A stretch of DNA of 64,000 bases from Candidatus Latescibacterota bacterium (GTDB lineage Bacteria > Latescibacterota > UBA2968 > GCA-2709665), in NCBI GenBank assembly GCA_965237675.1, contig OZ250150.1:1888001-1952000 (forward strand). Reading direction: 5' to 3'. The position numbers and the translations under genes were made by a program. Every line of letters starts with the position of its first letter. Positions within the stretch are counted from its first letter, which is position 1. Under the pieces are notes generated by a model. That model was not told the origin of the DNA. It did no database searches and saw only the letters and a list, made by a program, of their open reading frames with translations. Positions 29,221 to 39,120 of this stretch are shown here, one piece after another.

Positions 29221-29736
29221 TCATGCCTCCCTGATTGAATATTGATCGACCAGCGAATCATCTGCTTCTCTTTGGCTTTTGATGTTGAATTTGTCATTTA
29301 CCGAGATATCTGCCCAACCAGGAATGCTTGTTGCCCTCTCGCCGGATTCAATAAGATCCATCAGTATGTCGTAGGCTTCATTATTGTCTATCGCGTTGTT
29401 TTCTATCTTCGACCACAACGCTTTGTGTTTGTCCTGCAAATCAAAACACATGACGCTAACCGCATGAAGACTGGCGGATTTTCTTGCATGATTCCCAAGT
29501 AGGCCAAGCACACTAACTGCAACAATGCCCAGATCTACTATGACTTCAGCCAGCCTACCTATGTAGTCCGAAAACATAAAGCGACCAGCCCCGGCTATTG
29601 CGCAGAGCGCAAGTCCTATCATGATGGCATTGTGTCGCCTGCGATAATAACGAGAAAGTTCATCGTAGTATCTGGCCGCCCTCTCTACATCCAGATACTC
29701 ATTCCAGGCCATCCTTCGAGTAGCGTCACTGACCAT
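29221..29736 (-). CDS. Two-TM hypothetical protein, SLATT-like
   Basis: Low-GC ORF with GGAGG RBS; helix (RYYDELSRYYRRRH), two TM segments, then a helical C-terminus. Confidence 0.6.
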   Translation of the reverse strand: MVSDATRRMAWNEYLDVERAARYYDELSRYYRRRHNAIMIGLALCAIAGAGRFMFSDYIGRLAEVIVDLGIVAVSVLGLLGNHARKSASLHAVSVMCFDLQDKHKALWSKIENNAIDNNEAYDILMDLIESGERATSIPGWADISVNDKFNIKSQREADDSLVDQYSIREA

Positions 29737-29892
29737 GGCGGACCTCCGAAGTCAACTACATCCCTTCGCAACGACAAAACGCGGGCTTCATCCTCTTGAC
29801 TACAGAAACAAGGTACCGGATCGCACCTGGCGAGTCAAATGAATATCGAAGGTCCGGGCTCGGTACTTGAAGCCATTTCACCCGATTGCTCG

Positions 29893-29941
29893 TCCTCTCC
29901 ACCCGATATACTATATTAAACTCGGAGGGAAAGTCGTCTCA
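29893..29941. repeat. 49-bp direct repeat, copy 1 (copy 2 at 32147-32195)
   Basis: 40 of 49 positions identical by manual alignment, no gaps. Confidence 0.8.
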
Positions 29942-30030
29942 CGATATATTGTCACTTAGGGACCTCGTAATGGGACTCCCGACACGTCCGGTTCACGTTG
30001 TAATTAAACATCGAAGATTTGGTGAACGAA

Positions 30031-30957
30031 ATGGCCGAAAACGAAAGTCCCACGTTAGAAAGTACGTTACTAAAGGTTTTCGAATCGATACGCGAAAAAC
30101 TGGAGTTTCGGGCGCCGGCACTTCAGCATCCAGAAGAATCCGTATTGGAGCACCTCATTCAAGCTGCAACGTCGAAATGCCTCGAGTTCAATCTTGCAGC
30201 AAATTCAGATGAGAATCACGCTCCATCGTTTTTATTTATAAGTAATCTCAGGGGAATCTGCGAGGACCTGATATGTTTGGCCTACTTGACGCGATTGGAA
30301 CAGAAGAGAGCAAATAAATTGATCTGGCTCAAGATTCGCCACGATTACATGAGGGGCTTGCAGGCCCAACGGCGATTTTTCCGTGCAAATAATCCTGCAC
30401 AGCATGTCCTGGCTAGTAGCCCAGAGCCAAGCGAGGAGGAACGAGAGGTTAAGGAATCGAAGAGAGAAGTTCGTGAGAATTGGCCATCCATTAGAAAACT
30501 CACGGAGAAGCTAAAGCTCGAATTCACTTACGACTTCATATATTTCGCTACATCGAATTTCGTTCACTTCAATCCAAATTCACTATTTCGTACAGGCTGG
30601 GGATCTGAATCTGGTCCATTTTCCTTTTCGATCCGAAACATGGATCCGTACTACCGACGATTCGGTAGTCTGTACGGAGCCATTTTGTTCATTGGCTTTC
30701 ATGCGGCATTCGAAGTCGATTACTTTAGCTGCTCCGTCGAATCGGACATCGATCGGCTAATTGAAATTATCGGAGCGGTCCCTCGATGGCCGGAGATAAT
30801 CACACTTGAAGAAATGAACAAACCATACAAATTCAATCCGCTCGTCTACGCTGTAGTGAAAAGAATGCGTGAACGGAGTCAAGGTCCTGCGAATGAAGGA
30901 ATACTGAAAGAGATTCTAAGTTTGAAGGCCGCAATAAGACCTGTGGCCACGCGCTGA
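30031..30957 (+). CDS. DUF5677-like (HEPN-like helical) protein
   Basis: LRGICEDL and YDFIYFATSNFVH motifs; low GC. Confidence 0.65.
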   Translation: MAENESPTLESTLLKVFESIREKLEFRAPALQHPEESVLEHLIQAATSKCLEFNLAANSDENHAPSFLFISNLRGICEDLICLAYLTRLEQKRANKLIWLKIRHDYMRGLQAQRRFFRANNPAQHVLASSPEPSEEEREVKESKREVRENWPSIRKLTEKLKLEFTYDFIYFATSNFVHFNPNSLFRTGWGSESGPFSFSIRNMDPYYRRFGSLYGAILFIGFHAAFEVDYFSCSVESDIDRLIEIIGAVPRWPEIITLEEMNKPYKFNPLVYAVVKRMRERSQGPANEGILKEILSLKAAIRPVATR

Positions 30958-31142
30958 CATTTCTTTTGTGCCCCGTTGCGAGGACCGGATGCAGGAGTAT
31001 CGAATAACGTGAGATTTGATGCAGGAGGGTGTTAGGACGAGGGAGGCGGGCAAAGCCCGAGGGAGCGTTATCGAGGCAGAGTGTATCGCTATCAGATTTG
31101 GTGTGGAATCCCTAGCTCAAACCGTGTCCACCGGCGTTCGAT

Positions 31143-31721
31143 TCACCCACCCGGTTGAGCATTCGATAGTCGGATTCGCTTCACAATGTCATCTATACCG
31201 GGCGAGTATTGTCCCCCGGTTGAGACATGGATGGCGGGCACGTCGAAATCCGGAGCGGTATAGTTGCCGGGAGGCGCGATTTCACCAGTGCGCCTGTAGA
31301 CTTCGACGCGTTTGTCGCCGTGGTAGTACTCCCGATTTGGATCCTCCAGACCGCGCCGGAGATGGCGCGTTGCCGCCACCATCGCGTCGACGATGCATAC
31401 GACGATGAACGGATCTGACAATTCAAGGATCCGGGGAATTCTCGGTTCCCAAACCCGATGCTGAAACCCCGCCTCTATAACGACAGAGATCTTTGCGGCG
31501 AGATACTGATTTACAATCGTAAAGAAGAGGTCAGAGATCACGCTATTGGTGTCCGGCGGAAGCTGATCGTGCTTCACGCCATGCGTGTTGACGTAGCCTT
31601 CCTTGATCTCGTCGCGGCTGATGACCGGCATCCACAGCCTGTCGGCGAGCTTCCTGGATAAAGTCGTTTTTCCTGAACCCGGCCGGCCGGTGACAATAAT
31701 GCAAGTGGGTTTGCGGCTCAC
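31143..31721 (-). CDS. P-loop kinase/AAA_33 family protein
   Basis: TGRPGSGKTT and SRDEIKE motifs. Confidence 0.88.
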   Translation of the reverse strand: MSRKPTCIIVTGRPGSGKTTLSRKLADRLWMPVISRDEIKEGYVNTHGVKHDQLPPDTNSVISDLFFTIVNQYLAAKISVVIEAGFQHRVWEPRIPRILELSDPFIVVCIVDAMVAATRHLRRGLEDPNREYYHGDKRVEVYRRTGEIAPPGNYTAPDFDVPAIHVSTGGQYSPGIDDIVKRIRLSNAQPGG

Positions 31722-31724
31722 GTG

Positions 31725-31814
31725 TTCGTCTGCCCGAACTCGTCCTTAACCAGGCTGTAGATTTCGTAGTAGACGAATACGCTCTGGCCCTTTTGGCAGG
31801 TTCGGGACGGCATC
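31725..31814 (-). pseudogene. 90-bp remnant of a GWxTD-protein C-terminal domain
   Basis: Encodes MPSRTCQKGQSVFVYYEIYSLVKDEFGQTN; DNA closely matches 61928-62018. Confidence 0.85.
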
Positions 31815-31976
31815 CGTATTCAACTTGACTTCACGGGCGTTCTGTGATACTTTTATCATCATAGGCTCCTTTCGTATGAGGGTACAGTCTTCTTCCACGA
31901 GACTGCTGTATCCAATTTACATCGGAGCCTTTTCCATTTCAACCAGGATAGGCACAATCCCCTTCCTCCTGAGCCG

Positions 31977-32097
31977 CACGAAACAGCCCATGCGTTTGCC
32001 TATCCTGCAGGCAAAGCGACATTTCGCTCACATTCTTCAGAACTTCCGGATTCGCCGATTCCGACCGTGTCAACATCGGGCAGCGCCGATGCGTGTC
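31977..32097 (-). repeat. About 120-bp copy of the leader region of the GWxTD gene at 47990
   Basis: Aligns with 48014-48133 (ATGCGTTTGCCTATCCTG..CCGGATTCGCCGATTCCGACCG..ATCGGGCAG). Confidence 0.85.
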
Positions 32098-32200
32098 GCT
32101 GTCTGCCATCTTCTGCGATATGGGTGCTGGACCTAATCTCATGTTCTCCTCTCCGCCCATTATACTACACTAAAATCGGAGGGGAAATTGTCTCATTCAT

Positions 32201-32404
32201 TTAGGCACAGAGGGGGAATACAACCAGACGACGTGTGCTTTGTGTGGTCTCGAACCACACTTCGGTTAAACTCACCGGTCCCTCAGACCAGAAAATCGTC
32301 CACGCTTTCTTCTCTTTTGTGGAATCGACCACAGGGGTCTGTTGCGAGAATGCATCGGAAATACCGAGCGTCACAATCGCCCAAATCCAGATCATACGGA
32401 GCAT
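32201..32404 (-). pseudogene. Truncated N-terminal remnant of a paralogue of the 1140-aa GWxTD protein
   Basis: Signal peptide, then KAWTIFWSEGPVSLTEVWFETTQSTRRLVVFP versus TAWALGLETGPVAITEIWVETEGGARRRLGVFP in 33746..37168. Confidence 0.75.
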
Positions 32405-32568
32405 CGCGAGCAGGATACCGTCGCAGTAGTGGATTATATATGCATCTGGTGGATTGAGTCGTTGCATTTGGTCCCCGGACCTTCGGCGAATTCTTCTCGC
32501 GACGTAGGAAGTTTGTTTTAATCAATCTCGGGATCACGGCCCAGCGATGACCGCACGGAGTCGCGAGT

Positions 32569-33651
32569 TCAGCGATTGTAAATCAAGACGTGATCCGAAG
32601 CCTCGCCGTCTTTCATTCCACCCGCAACCAGCACGCGACCGTCACGAAGGACGGTTGTTGTATAAAACTGTCGATTCTGCCCAATGCTGTCTCCCGTGGG
32701 ACCGAACGCCCCCGAGGCCGGATCGTAAAGAACGACGTTTCCATCTTCGCCGCCGATGAGAAAGACTTCCCCCGTGCGAAGTACGGCGGCGGCCCAAATC
32801 GGCGTGATACCTGGAGTTCCCGCCAGCGAGAACGATCCGGTAGCCGGGTCATATATCTCGGCGGTCGTTACCGGCTCAGGAGGAGAGTCCAGAACACCTT
32901 TACTACCGCCAATAACCAATACCGTCCCGTCTCGAAGTAGCACGGCCTTGTGTCCCCGCCGTTCGTTGTGCAATTCGCCAACTTCCGTAAAGGCGTTGGA
33001 CGTCGAGTCATAGACTTCCGCTGCTTTGCCCAGGGCCGCAGGATAGCCGCCGCCAACGATGAGTATGCGCCCATCCCGCAGCAAAGTAGCCGTATGGCCT
33101 CCTCGACTGGCATCCAACCCGGAAATTGACGTGAAGTTGCCCGTGTCCGGGTCGAAAATGGCCACGCCCAATGCGCAATATGTGAGGATGCTGCCATTGG
33201 GAAGTAACGCTGCCGTGCCGATGTCTCCCAACGTTGCGTTGTATGCGGAGAATCTTCCAGATTGCGGATCGTAAATCTCCACCGGAGCGAGGTGCGCACC
33301 CAATATTACGACCCGACCATCCTGTAGCAATATTCCCATGTCGCGAGTTCGAGCCACCGACATGCTACGAGCCGCCGATGAGGTTTGGGTCTCAGGATCG
33401 AATAGCTCCGTGCTGTCGTGAAACATGGACATAGGCACGTACCCCGGGCTCTCCGTTGCGGCGCCGCCCGCGATGAGAACGTGGCCGTTTTTCAATAAGG
33501 TCGAAGTATGCCAGAACCGCTTTTGGGTCAGATTTCCGGCGAATTCAAAACCCTTCAGGTCGGTCGGTGGTTCCGACGGTGTCGGTACACTTCCGCCACA
33601 TGAAAGAATACTTGAACAAATAACGAGCACCGACACGAATCTCGTGGACAT
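32569..33651 (-). CDS. Kelch-repeat beta-propeller lipoprotein
   Basis: Lipobox ILSC; repeated HTATLLRDGRILIVGG-type Kelch units. Confidence 0.9.
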   Translation of the reverse strand: MSTRFVSVLVICSSILSCGGSVPTPSEPPTDLKGFEFAGNLTQKRFWHTSTLLKNGHVLIAGGAATESPGYVPMSMFHDSTELFDPETQTSSAARSMSVARTRDMGILLQDGRVVILGAHLAPVEIYDPQSGRFSAYNATLGDIGTAALLPNGSILTYCALGVAIFDPDTGNFTSISGLDASRGGHTATLLRDGRILIVGGGYPAALGKAAEVYDSTSNAFTEVGELHNERRGHKAVLLRDGTVLVIGGSKGVLDSPPEPVTTAEIYDPATGSFSLAGTPGITPIWAAAVLRTGEVFLIGGEDGNVVLYDPASGAFGPTGDSIGQNRQFYTTTVLRDGRVLVAGGMKDGEASDHVLIYNR

Positions 33652-33745
33652 TTCGTGTCCTTCCTTGTACGTAGCCGCATGGGTACGCAGTAATGGCAAA
33701 TCAAAGGCGGTTATTTGATCCGACCTTCGGTTGTCCCCGACAATT

Positions 33746-36700
33746 CTATTGCGCGATGACAAACCCGGCGTCCTTCTCGGCGGTTTCGCCGCTGTTAACG
33801 TCCCTGACCATTACTTTCAACAGGTATTTGCCCGTCGGCTGGTTTTCTAACTCGAGTTCCACGTATTCCACTTCCTCGGCCGCCGCGCCCTGTTGATCGT
33901 ACGTGACAGACAATTCTTCGCGTTTGCCTTCCCGCCACCGCATCAGACTGGAGATGATTCCCGCGGCGCCGGGCGTGTCATTTGACGTGACCGTATAGGA
34001 TACCTCGTAGTTCGTCTGCCCGAATTCGTCCCGGGTCAAGTTGTAGATTTCGTAATAGACAAAGACACTCTTTCCTGTTCCGTAGCTCCTTGTAGGCATT
34101 GGGATCACACGCAGGTCGCCCTTGCTGAATACGGTCTTTTCGTGGTCCTTATCGATCTGCCAAGCGAGTTGCAGATCGCTGATCTGTAAGCCTTGTCCGC
34201 CATAAGCTTCTACGATAACATCCTGCCGATACCTGCCCTGCTTCCGGGACAAAAGGTCCTTGACTCCTATCTCCATGAGATAGCTCCCCGCGGGAAGGCC
34301 GACTCGAACCACATCAGGTACGAAGCCGTCACGCCTCCCGGTAAGGTCGCCCTCGTTCTTAAAAATGACCTGCCCCTTTCTTCGGTAGATTGCACCGGAT
34401 TCCTTATTGTGCAGCGCGACAGTCCGTTCAACCTCAATTCGGGTCTCCTTTTTCTCTTCGTGGAAGTGTCCCGACACGTGCGGAACGCCAAAATAGACTT
34501 CCAGGGCTGTTCCATCTTCCTGTCGAAAATCGGCCAGATCGTAGTAAAACGTGAGCGGATCGGTGTTGGATTGAACTCTGAAATAGTTGGGCGTAGCGCT
34601 GGTGGCCTGGGCGGTCACGGTTCGGGGATTGTAACGATTCAAACTTGCCTGCTGTCGAACCGGAATCCGCGCGTCGGAGGGTGACGGCGCAAAGTCGTAG
34701 ATCCCGTTTTGAAATTCATCGGTAAACGTGATTTCGATTCCCCCGCCAACGTCTACGTAGACCCAGGTCTCCCAGGCGACCATTGAGGCATCCTCCTGGC
34801 TGGAAACGGGCCTGTAATTTGTAGGTGGAAGGGCATCGCTGGCGTGGGTGTTACTTTCCGGTGAGTCTGCGAGCTTCGCGCTGAATTCGGGTCCTTCGCC
34901 CAATGATTGGCGAAGACTTTGAACGGGATAGACCGGGCCGGGATAAATGGACTCGAAAGGAGATGCCTCTAGAGCATAATCTCCGCTTTCGTGTCGAACG
35001 CCAACCGCATTCTCATTTGATTTGAGGAAGTATTTTGCAGGCACGGAGGTACCGTAGATTGCGCGCGCAAGACGTTCCTTTACCCGTTGGACGGCCAGGC
35101 TCTGTTCCACGTTCATCATATCTGAACGCGACCGATGGTCCGGCTCTCCAAAGCGGACGTACACATCGCCCCGGCGGTCCCAGGGCTGGCGCCCGCCTGA
35201 AAAATTGCGTCGGGCATACCACACGCGGCGATAGTGTTCCAGTAGCCGTTCGTTGGCTGCCGTCGTTAAATCCGGTTCCTTTTCCGTCCAGAACCTCTGC
35301 AAGAACTCTCCCTTGAACGCTTCGGGTGACTCTTCAAAGGCTGCCATCTCAGCTTCCGACGCCACGAGGCTGATGTCTCTGAAAAGTGCTCGCTCCTCAA
35401 CGTTTATGCTCTCCAGGTACCGTTTGAAATATGTATCGGCCTGATCGAGGGCATCCAGTTTCAGACAAGCCTGAGCCAATATGGGGAGGATTTCCGTGTC
35501 CCCGGGGTGCTGGCGGGCGTACCCTTCCAGGAGTTCGACAATCCTGGCATATTCTCGGGATTTCAGGTAGACGGCAGCCAATCGATTCCGTCCCTGAGGG
35601 TCATCCGGGCGCAGAGACATGTACTGCGCATAGTGGAGAGCCGCTCTTTCGTAATCCTTGTGAAATGTCTCGTACCATTCTCCAAGAAGCAGATAGGCAG
35701 GTCCGAACGTCGGATCCATGTCCAGAAGCTTCTCGCAGTCGCTCTTTACGTCATACTCCTTTAACGCATACCTGATCTTTGCAATGTTGAAACGCGCTTC
35801 AACATAGTCCCGGTCGTACTGAAGTGCTTTCTGGAAATATCGAATGGCGTCGTGCCGTGCTTTCGGCCGCTCCTGAAACACGAGCCCGAGACCGTTGTAC
35901 GCTTCGGCCAGTCTGTGGTCCAGTCGGGTCGCCCGTTCGAACGATGCCAGCGCTTTGTCCATTTGCCCTGATTCAAGATATGCGTAGCCCGCTTTTGCGT
36001 GTCCCAGTGCGAAACGAGGAGCCACCCGCGTTACCATTTCCAGTGCTTGAGGCGCGAGTGGATTCCCGGCTTCCAACAGCGCCATACCAACGGAAAGAAG
36101 TGAATCGACCCGCACGCGGCCAATGGATCTGTCCTGTATCCGGTCCCCATCTGGATCGCGAACCAGTTCCACCAGCCGCCCTTTATAGAAAAAACTGGTC
36201 AATATCGCCTCGCCTCGGGACGCGTCCGGACGATAGAAGTAGCTGAATTCGCGCTCCGATTCAGGGTCTGCCGGAGAGCGAAACAGAGCATTGAGAACTT
36301 CCAGATCTTCCTTTGAGGAAACTTGCGTCGCCGCCCAGGATTTAAGCACCAAAAGGTTCTCCGGACGACTCCCGTCACTGTCCAGAGCATATGCATGCAG
36401 CAGATCCGCGATGATCTGGAGATGGTCTCGACATACCCAACGTGCACCATCTTGTCGAGCTTCTATGGCTCTCTCTTTCATATTGCGCACGTACTCGTCT
36501 ATCGGTTCTCGATACAGTCCAATTTGCTCGAAATCACGCGGTAGAGCCGCGAATCTCGACGCCGCCCGGCGGTAATTTTCCGCGGCGCTATCAAAATCCC
36601 ATTGATGCAGGGCCGTGTAGGCTAAGGCGGCGGCCTGAAAAGCGGCTCCGAGACCTTGCAGTGCGGCTGTTATTTCTTTCGATGCGGGACCGTGCGTGTC

Positions 36701-37168
36701 GTCGGTGTATGTATTCGTCCTGCCTGCACCTGCATCACTGACACTGCTTTCCGGGATGGTTCGTATGTGCCCTCGACCAATGGGGATTTCCCAAATCCGT
36801 GGAGGAAACAGCGGCGTAACCCTTCGTTCCACGAGCGGTATACTGATCATCTTTGTTTCAAGTGGCTGTTCGATGTAATGGAGGCGATCTCCATTTGCGT
36901 TCCACTCCAAGCCGTTCGACTTTCCAGGGAATACGCCCAAGCGACGTCGCGCGCCTCCTTCGGTCTCGACCCATATCTCCGTAATGGCGACCGGGCCGGT
37001 TTCCAGCCCGAGAGCCCATGCAGTACCCCCTTTGTTGGAAACGGATATCAAGGACCGAGGGGTTTCCGCATTGAGTTCCTGAAGAGGGTAGACTGCCGCA
37101 AATGCCGCCACGAAAAACGCCAATCGAAACAGCTGTTTCATGGACATTGAACCACGTTCTGATTCCAT
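33746..37168 (-). CDS. Exported TPR + GWxTD-domain protein with extra N-terminal region
   Basis: Signal peptide, multiple TPRs, FW..KEP..TTAANERLLEHYRRVWYA, PWDRRGDVYVRFGEPD, and C-terminal VFVYYEIYNL beta domain. Confidence 0.88.
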   Translation of the reverse strand: MESERGSMSMKQLFRLAFFVAAFAAVYPLQELNAETPRSLISVSNKGGTAWALGLETGPVAITEIWVETEGGARRRLGVFPGKSNGLEWNANGDRLHYIEQPLETKMISIPLVERRVTPLFPPRIWEIPIGRGHIRTIPESSVSDAGAGRTNTYTDDTHGPASKEITAALQGLGAAFQAAALAYTALHQWDFDSAAENYRRAASRFAALPRDFEQIGLYREPIDEYVRNMKERAIEARQDGARWVCRDHLQIIADLLHAYALDSDGSRPENLLVLKSWAATQVSSKEDLEVLNALFRSPADPESEREFSYFYRPDASRGEAILTSFFYKGRLVELVRDPDGDRIQDRSIGRVRVDSLLSVGMALLEAGNPLAPQALEMVTRVAPRFALGHAKAGYAYLESGQMDKALASFERATRLDHRLAEAYNGLGLVFQERPKARHDAIRYFQKALQYDRDYVEARFNIAKIRYALKEYDVKSDCEKLLDMDPTFGPAYLLLGEWYETFHKDYERAALHYAQYMSLRPDDPQGRNRLAAVYLKSREYARIVELLEGYARQHPGDTEILPILAQACLKLDALDQADTYFKRYLESINVEERALFRDISLVASEAEMAAFEESPEAFKGEFLQRFWTEKEPDLTTAANERLLEHYRRVWYARRNFSGGRQPWDRRGDVYVRFGEPDHRSRSDMMNVEQSLAVQRVKERLARAIYGTSVPAKYFLKSNENAVGVRHESGDYALEASPFESIYPGPVYPVQSLRQSLGEGPEFSAKLADSPESNTHASDALPPTNYRPVSSQEDASMVAWETWVYVDVGGGIEITFTDEFQNGIYDFAPSPSDARIPVRQQASLNRYNPRTVTAQATSATPNYFRVQSNTDPLTFYYDLADFRQEDGTALEVYFGVPHVSGHFHEEKKETRIEVERTVALHNKESGAIYRRKGQVIFKNEGDLTGRRDGFVPDVVRVGLPAGSYLMEIGVKDLLSRKQGRYRQDVIVEAYGGQGLQISDLQLAWQIDKDHEKTVFSKGDLRVIPMPTRSYGTGKSVFVYYEIYNLTRDEFGQTNYEVSYTVTSNDTPGAAGIISSLMRWREGKREELSVTYDQQGAAAEEVEYVELELENQPTGKYLLKVMVRDVNSGETAEKDAGFVIAQ

Positions 37169-37343
37169 GTCATCGCCCTTTCATGGTAATTGGACCACGA
37201 AAGTTAGGTTGCCTTCCTGTTACTAAACTTTGAAGAATTGTGCTCCGTCCACGAGGAATCCGGCAATGTGTTTCCAGGCTTATTACTTGCGACGTACGAA
37301 ACGTCTCAGAAATCCACATCCGGTCTGCGTATGCCCGCAAGTT

Positions 37344-38954
37344 CTATTCGCCGACACCTATCCTGGCTTGAACGGACATCTTTACGGCATCGCTATCCAC
37401 AATGCGAACCTTGCGGCCGTTCGTGGTTTCCGTTGTGATCACAATCAGGTAAGTGAGGCGCGACCTGGAAAACAAAATCGCCTCTGCCGCCGTAAGCGTC
37501 ACCTGTTCCCGGTGAACCGTGGTTTCCTTGACCAATCCTGTGGCGGCATCGATCGGCGCCGCGCCAATGGAAATGTCTCCCTGCCTAGGGATCTTCAGGG
37601 CGGGGGATTCCAGAATCCGTTCGGCGTCTGTGCCCAGAAGAAGCCGGACCCCCACACCTACGGGCAGCCCATTGGCGAGATCAAGTGTGAGCGAGCCTCC
37701 GGTGGCATTCGCAATTTTCGCCCGGGTAAACGTGTCCACATTGATGCGCTTTGGTTCGGAGACAGCGGTGTGTTCTCCGAAGGCGGCATCTATTGACGAA
37801 CGGATTGCCACCTGGATATCGATACCGTCGTTCCGGCTTACCTTGGACGGGTTGGTGCCGCCCAGCAGGATGTGTCCGCTGATTTCGATGGTTTCCGGTT
37901 TCAGGTTTAACAGGTCGACGATGTTGCTGTTCATTTCGTCGAGCCGGAGCGTGGTCACTACCGGATGGTCCGGATTTCCCTCGGCAAGGACACCCAATTC
38001 CTTGGGAAGATCCAGGGTTGCCGACCTCCCGCCTGTCGTGTCCTGTCGAGCAATGACTTTCAGGCTTAATTCCCGTGAAAATATAATCCCATTGGCAAGG
38101 TTGATTTCGAGAGTCGCAGCCTGTACGCCGTCGAAGTCCGTTGGCAAAGCGATGGCCACAGGACCGGTTTCAAACGGGATACGCATATCGACGATACGAC
38201 CCGATAACGTGTTGAATGCGATAGGAGACGGAACGTAGTTCCAATCCACCATCCGTTCGCTAATTAGACGAAGGCCTGAAGTTCCCACATCCAGATTTCC
38301 CTCAATAATGCGAATAAAACCATTTGGACTAACACGAGGTTTTAGGAGAGTTCCACCCAAGGAAAATCGAACGGTTTTTACGTCTTCCGCCGGAATGACG
38401 TCCGACACGATTAATTCCCCGTTCCTCGTGATGTCACCGAAATACAGTTTTATCCGTACGTCTTCCGGCATATTGTTGCGCATATCGAACCGCATTTCCC
38501 CGGACAAGATCTCAGTCTGCATAACTTCGAACCGGGTCGGCTTCAAATTGAGTGTTACCCATGACGTTGTCCACCCGGTACTTGGATGCCTGCCTCCCCA
38601 GCCGGAATCCGGCAAGGGGAAGATCATCAGACTGTCTTCGAGTGTCACACGGATATCCTGCGCAAAATCGACGGAAGGGCGAACCGCCTGCATGTCCTCG
38701 TGTTGAGAGACAATTTCCCGCATCGTGAGGAGGATATCACCGAAGGACAGGTTGATCGACGTGCTGGTATGGGCGGGGCTCTGGGTTGGCGCTGGACCCT
38801 GCGGCGAATTCTTCTCGCTGCAACCCAAAACCGTTAAGGCAAAAACAACGACACAGGCAGAGGAGGTCCATGTCGTGTATATTGAAACCATTCGCGGTTT
38901 TCGACCCATATAACTCACTGTCTTAGCCCTGAAAGACGTGTTGGACATGAACAT
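37344..38954 (-). CDS. Hypothetical beta-rich lipoprotein
   Basis: Lipobox VLGC; 536 aa; start codon uncertain. Confidence 0.75.
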   Translation of the reverse strand: MFMSNTSFRAKTVSYMGRKPRMVSIYTTWTSSACVVVFALTVLGCSEKNSPQGPAPTQSPAHTSTSINLSFGDILLTMREIVSQHEDMQAVRPSVDFAQDIRVTLEDSLMIFPLPDSGWGGRHPSTGWTTSWVTLNLKPTRFEVMQTEILSGEMRFDMRNNMPEDVRIKLYFGDITRNGELIVSDVIPAEDVKTVRFSLGGTLLKPRVSPNGFIRIIEGNLDVGTSGLRLISERMVDWNYVPSPIAFNTLSGRIVDMRIPFETGPVAIALPTDFDGVQAATLEINLANGIIFSRELSLKVIARQDTTGGRSATLDLPKELGVLAEGNPDHPVVTTLRLDEMNSNIVDLLNLKPETIEISGHILLGGTNPSKVSRNDGIDIQVAIRSSIDAAFGEHTAVSEPKRINVDTFTRAKIANATGGSLTLDLANGLPVGVGVRLLLGTDAERILESPALKIPRQGDISIGAAPIDAATGLVKETTVHREQVTLTAAEAILFSRSRLTYLIVITTETTNGRKVRIVDSDAVKMSVQARIGVGE

Positions 38955-39120
38955 GGTTCACTTTCCTAGATGCCGTTTCATGACCTGGTGGATTTTTTCG
39001 ACCCGAGCGATAATGGTCTGGAAGGACCAGGAGTAGACGATGATTGCATTGGGCACGTAAGAGTCCGGTCTGACGTCCACTGCCGCGAATCGAAAGGGAG
39101 CAAGGTTTCCAGGACCGGGT

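Noticed and set aside
33652-33762. N-terminal extensions MSSRNRIV on the Kelch and phosphoesterase ORFs (also 61330-61680)
   Set aside because: They arise from the overlapping conserved 3' ends of the upstream GWxTD genes; downstream ATGs give proper signal peptides
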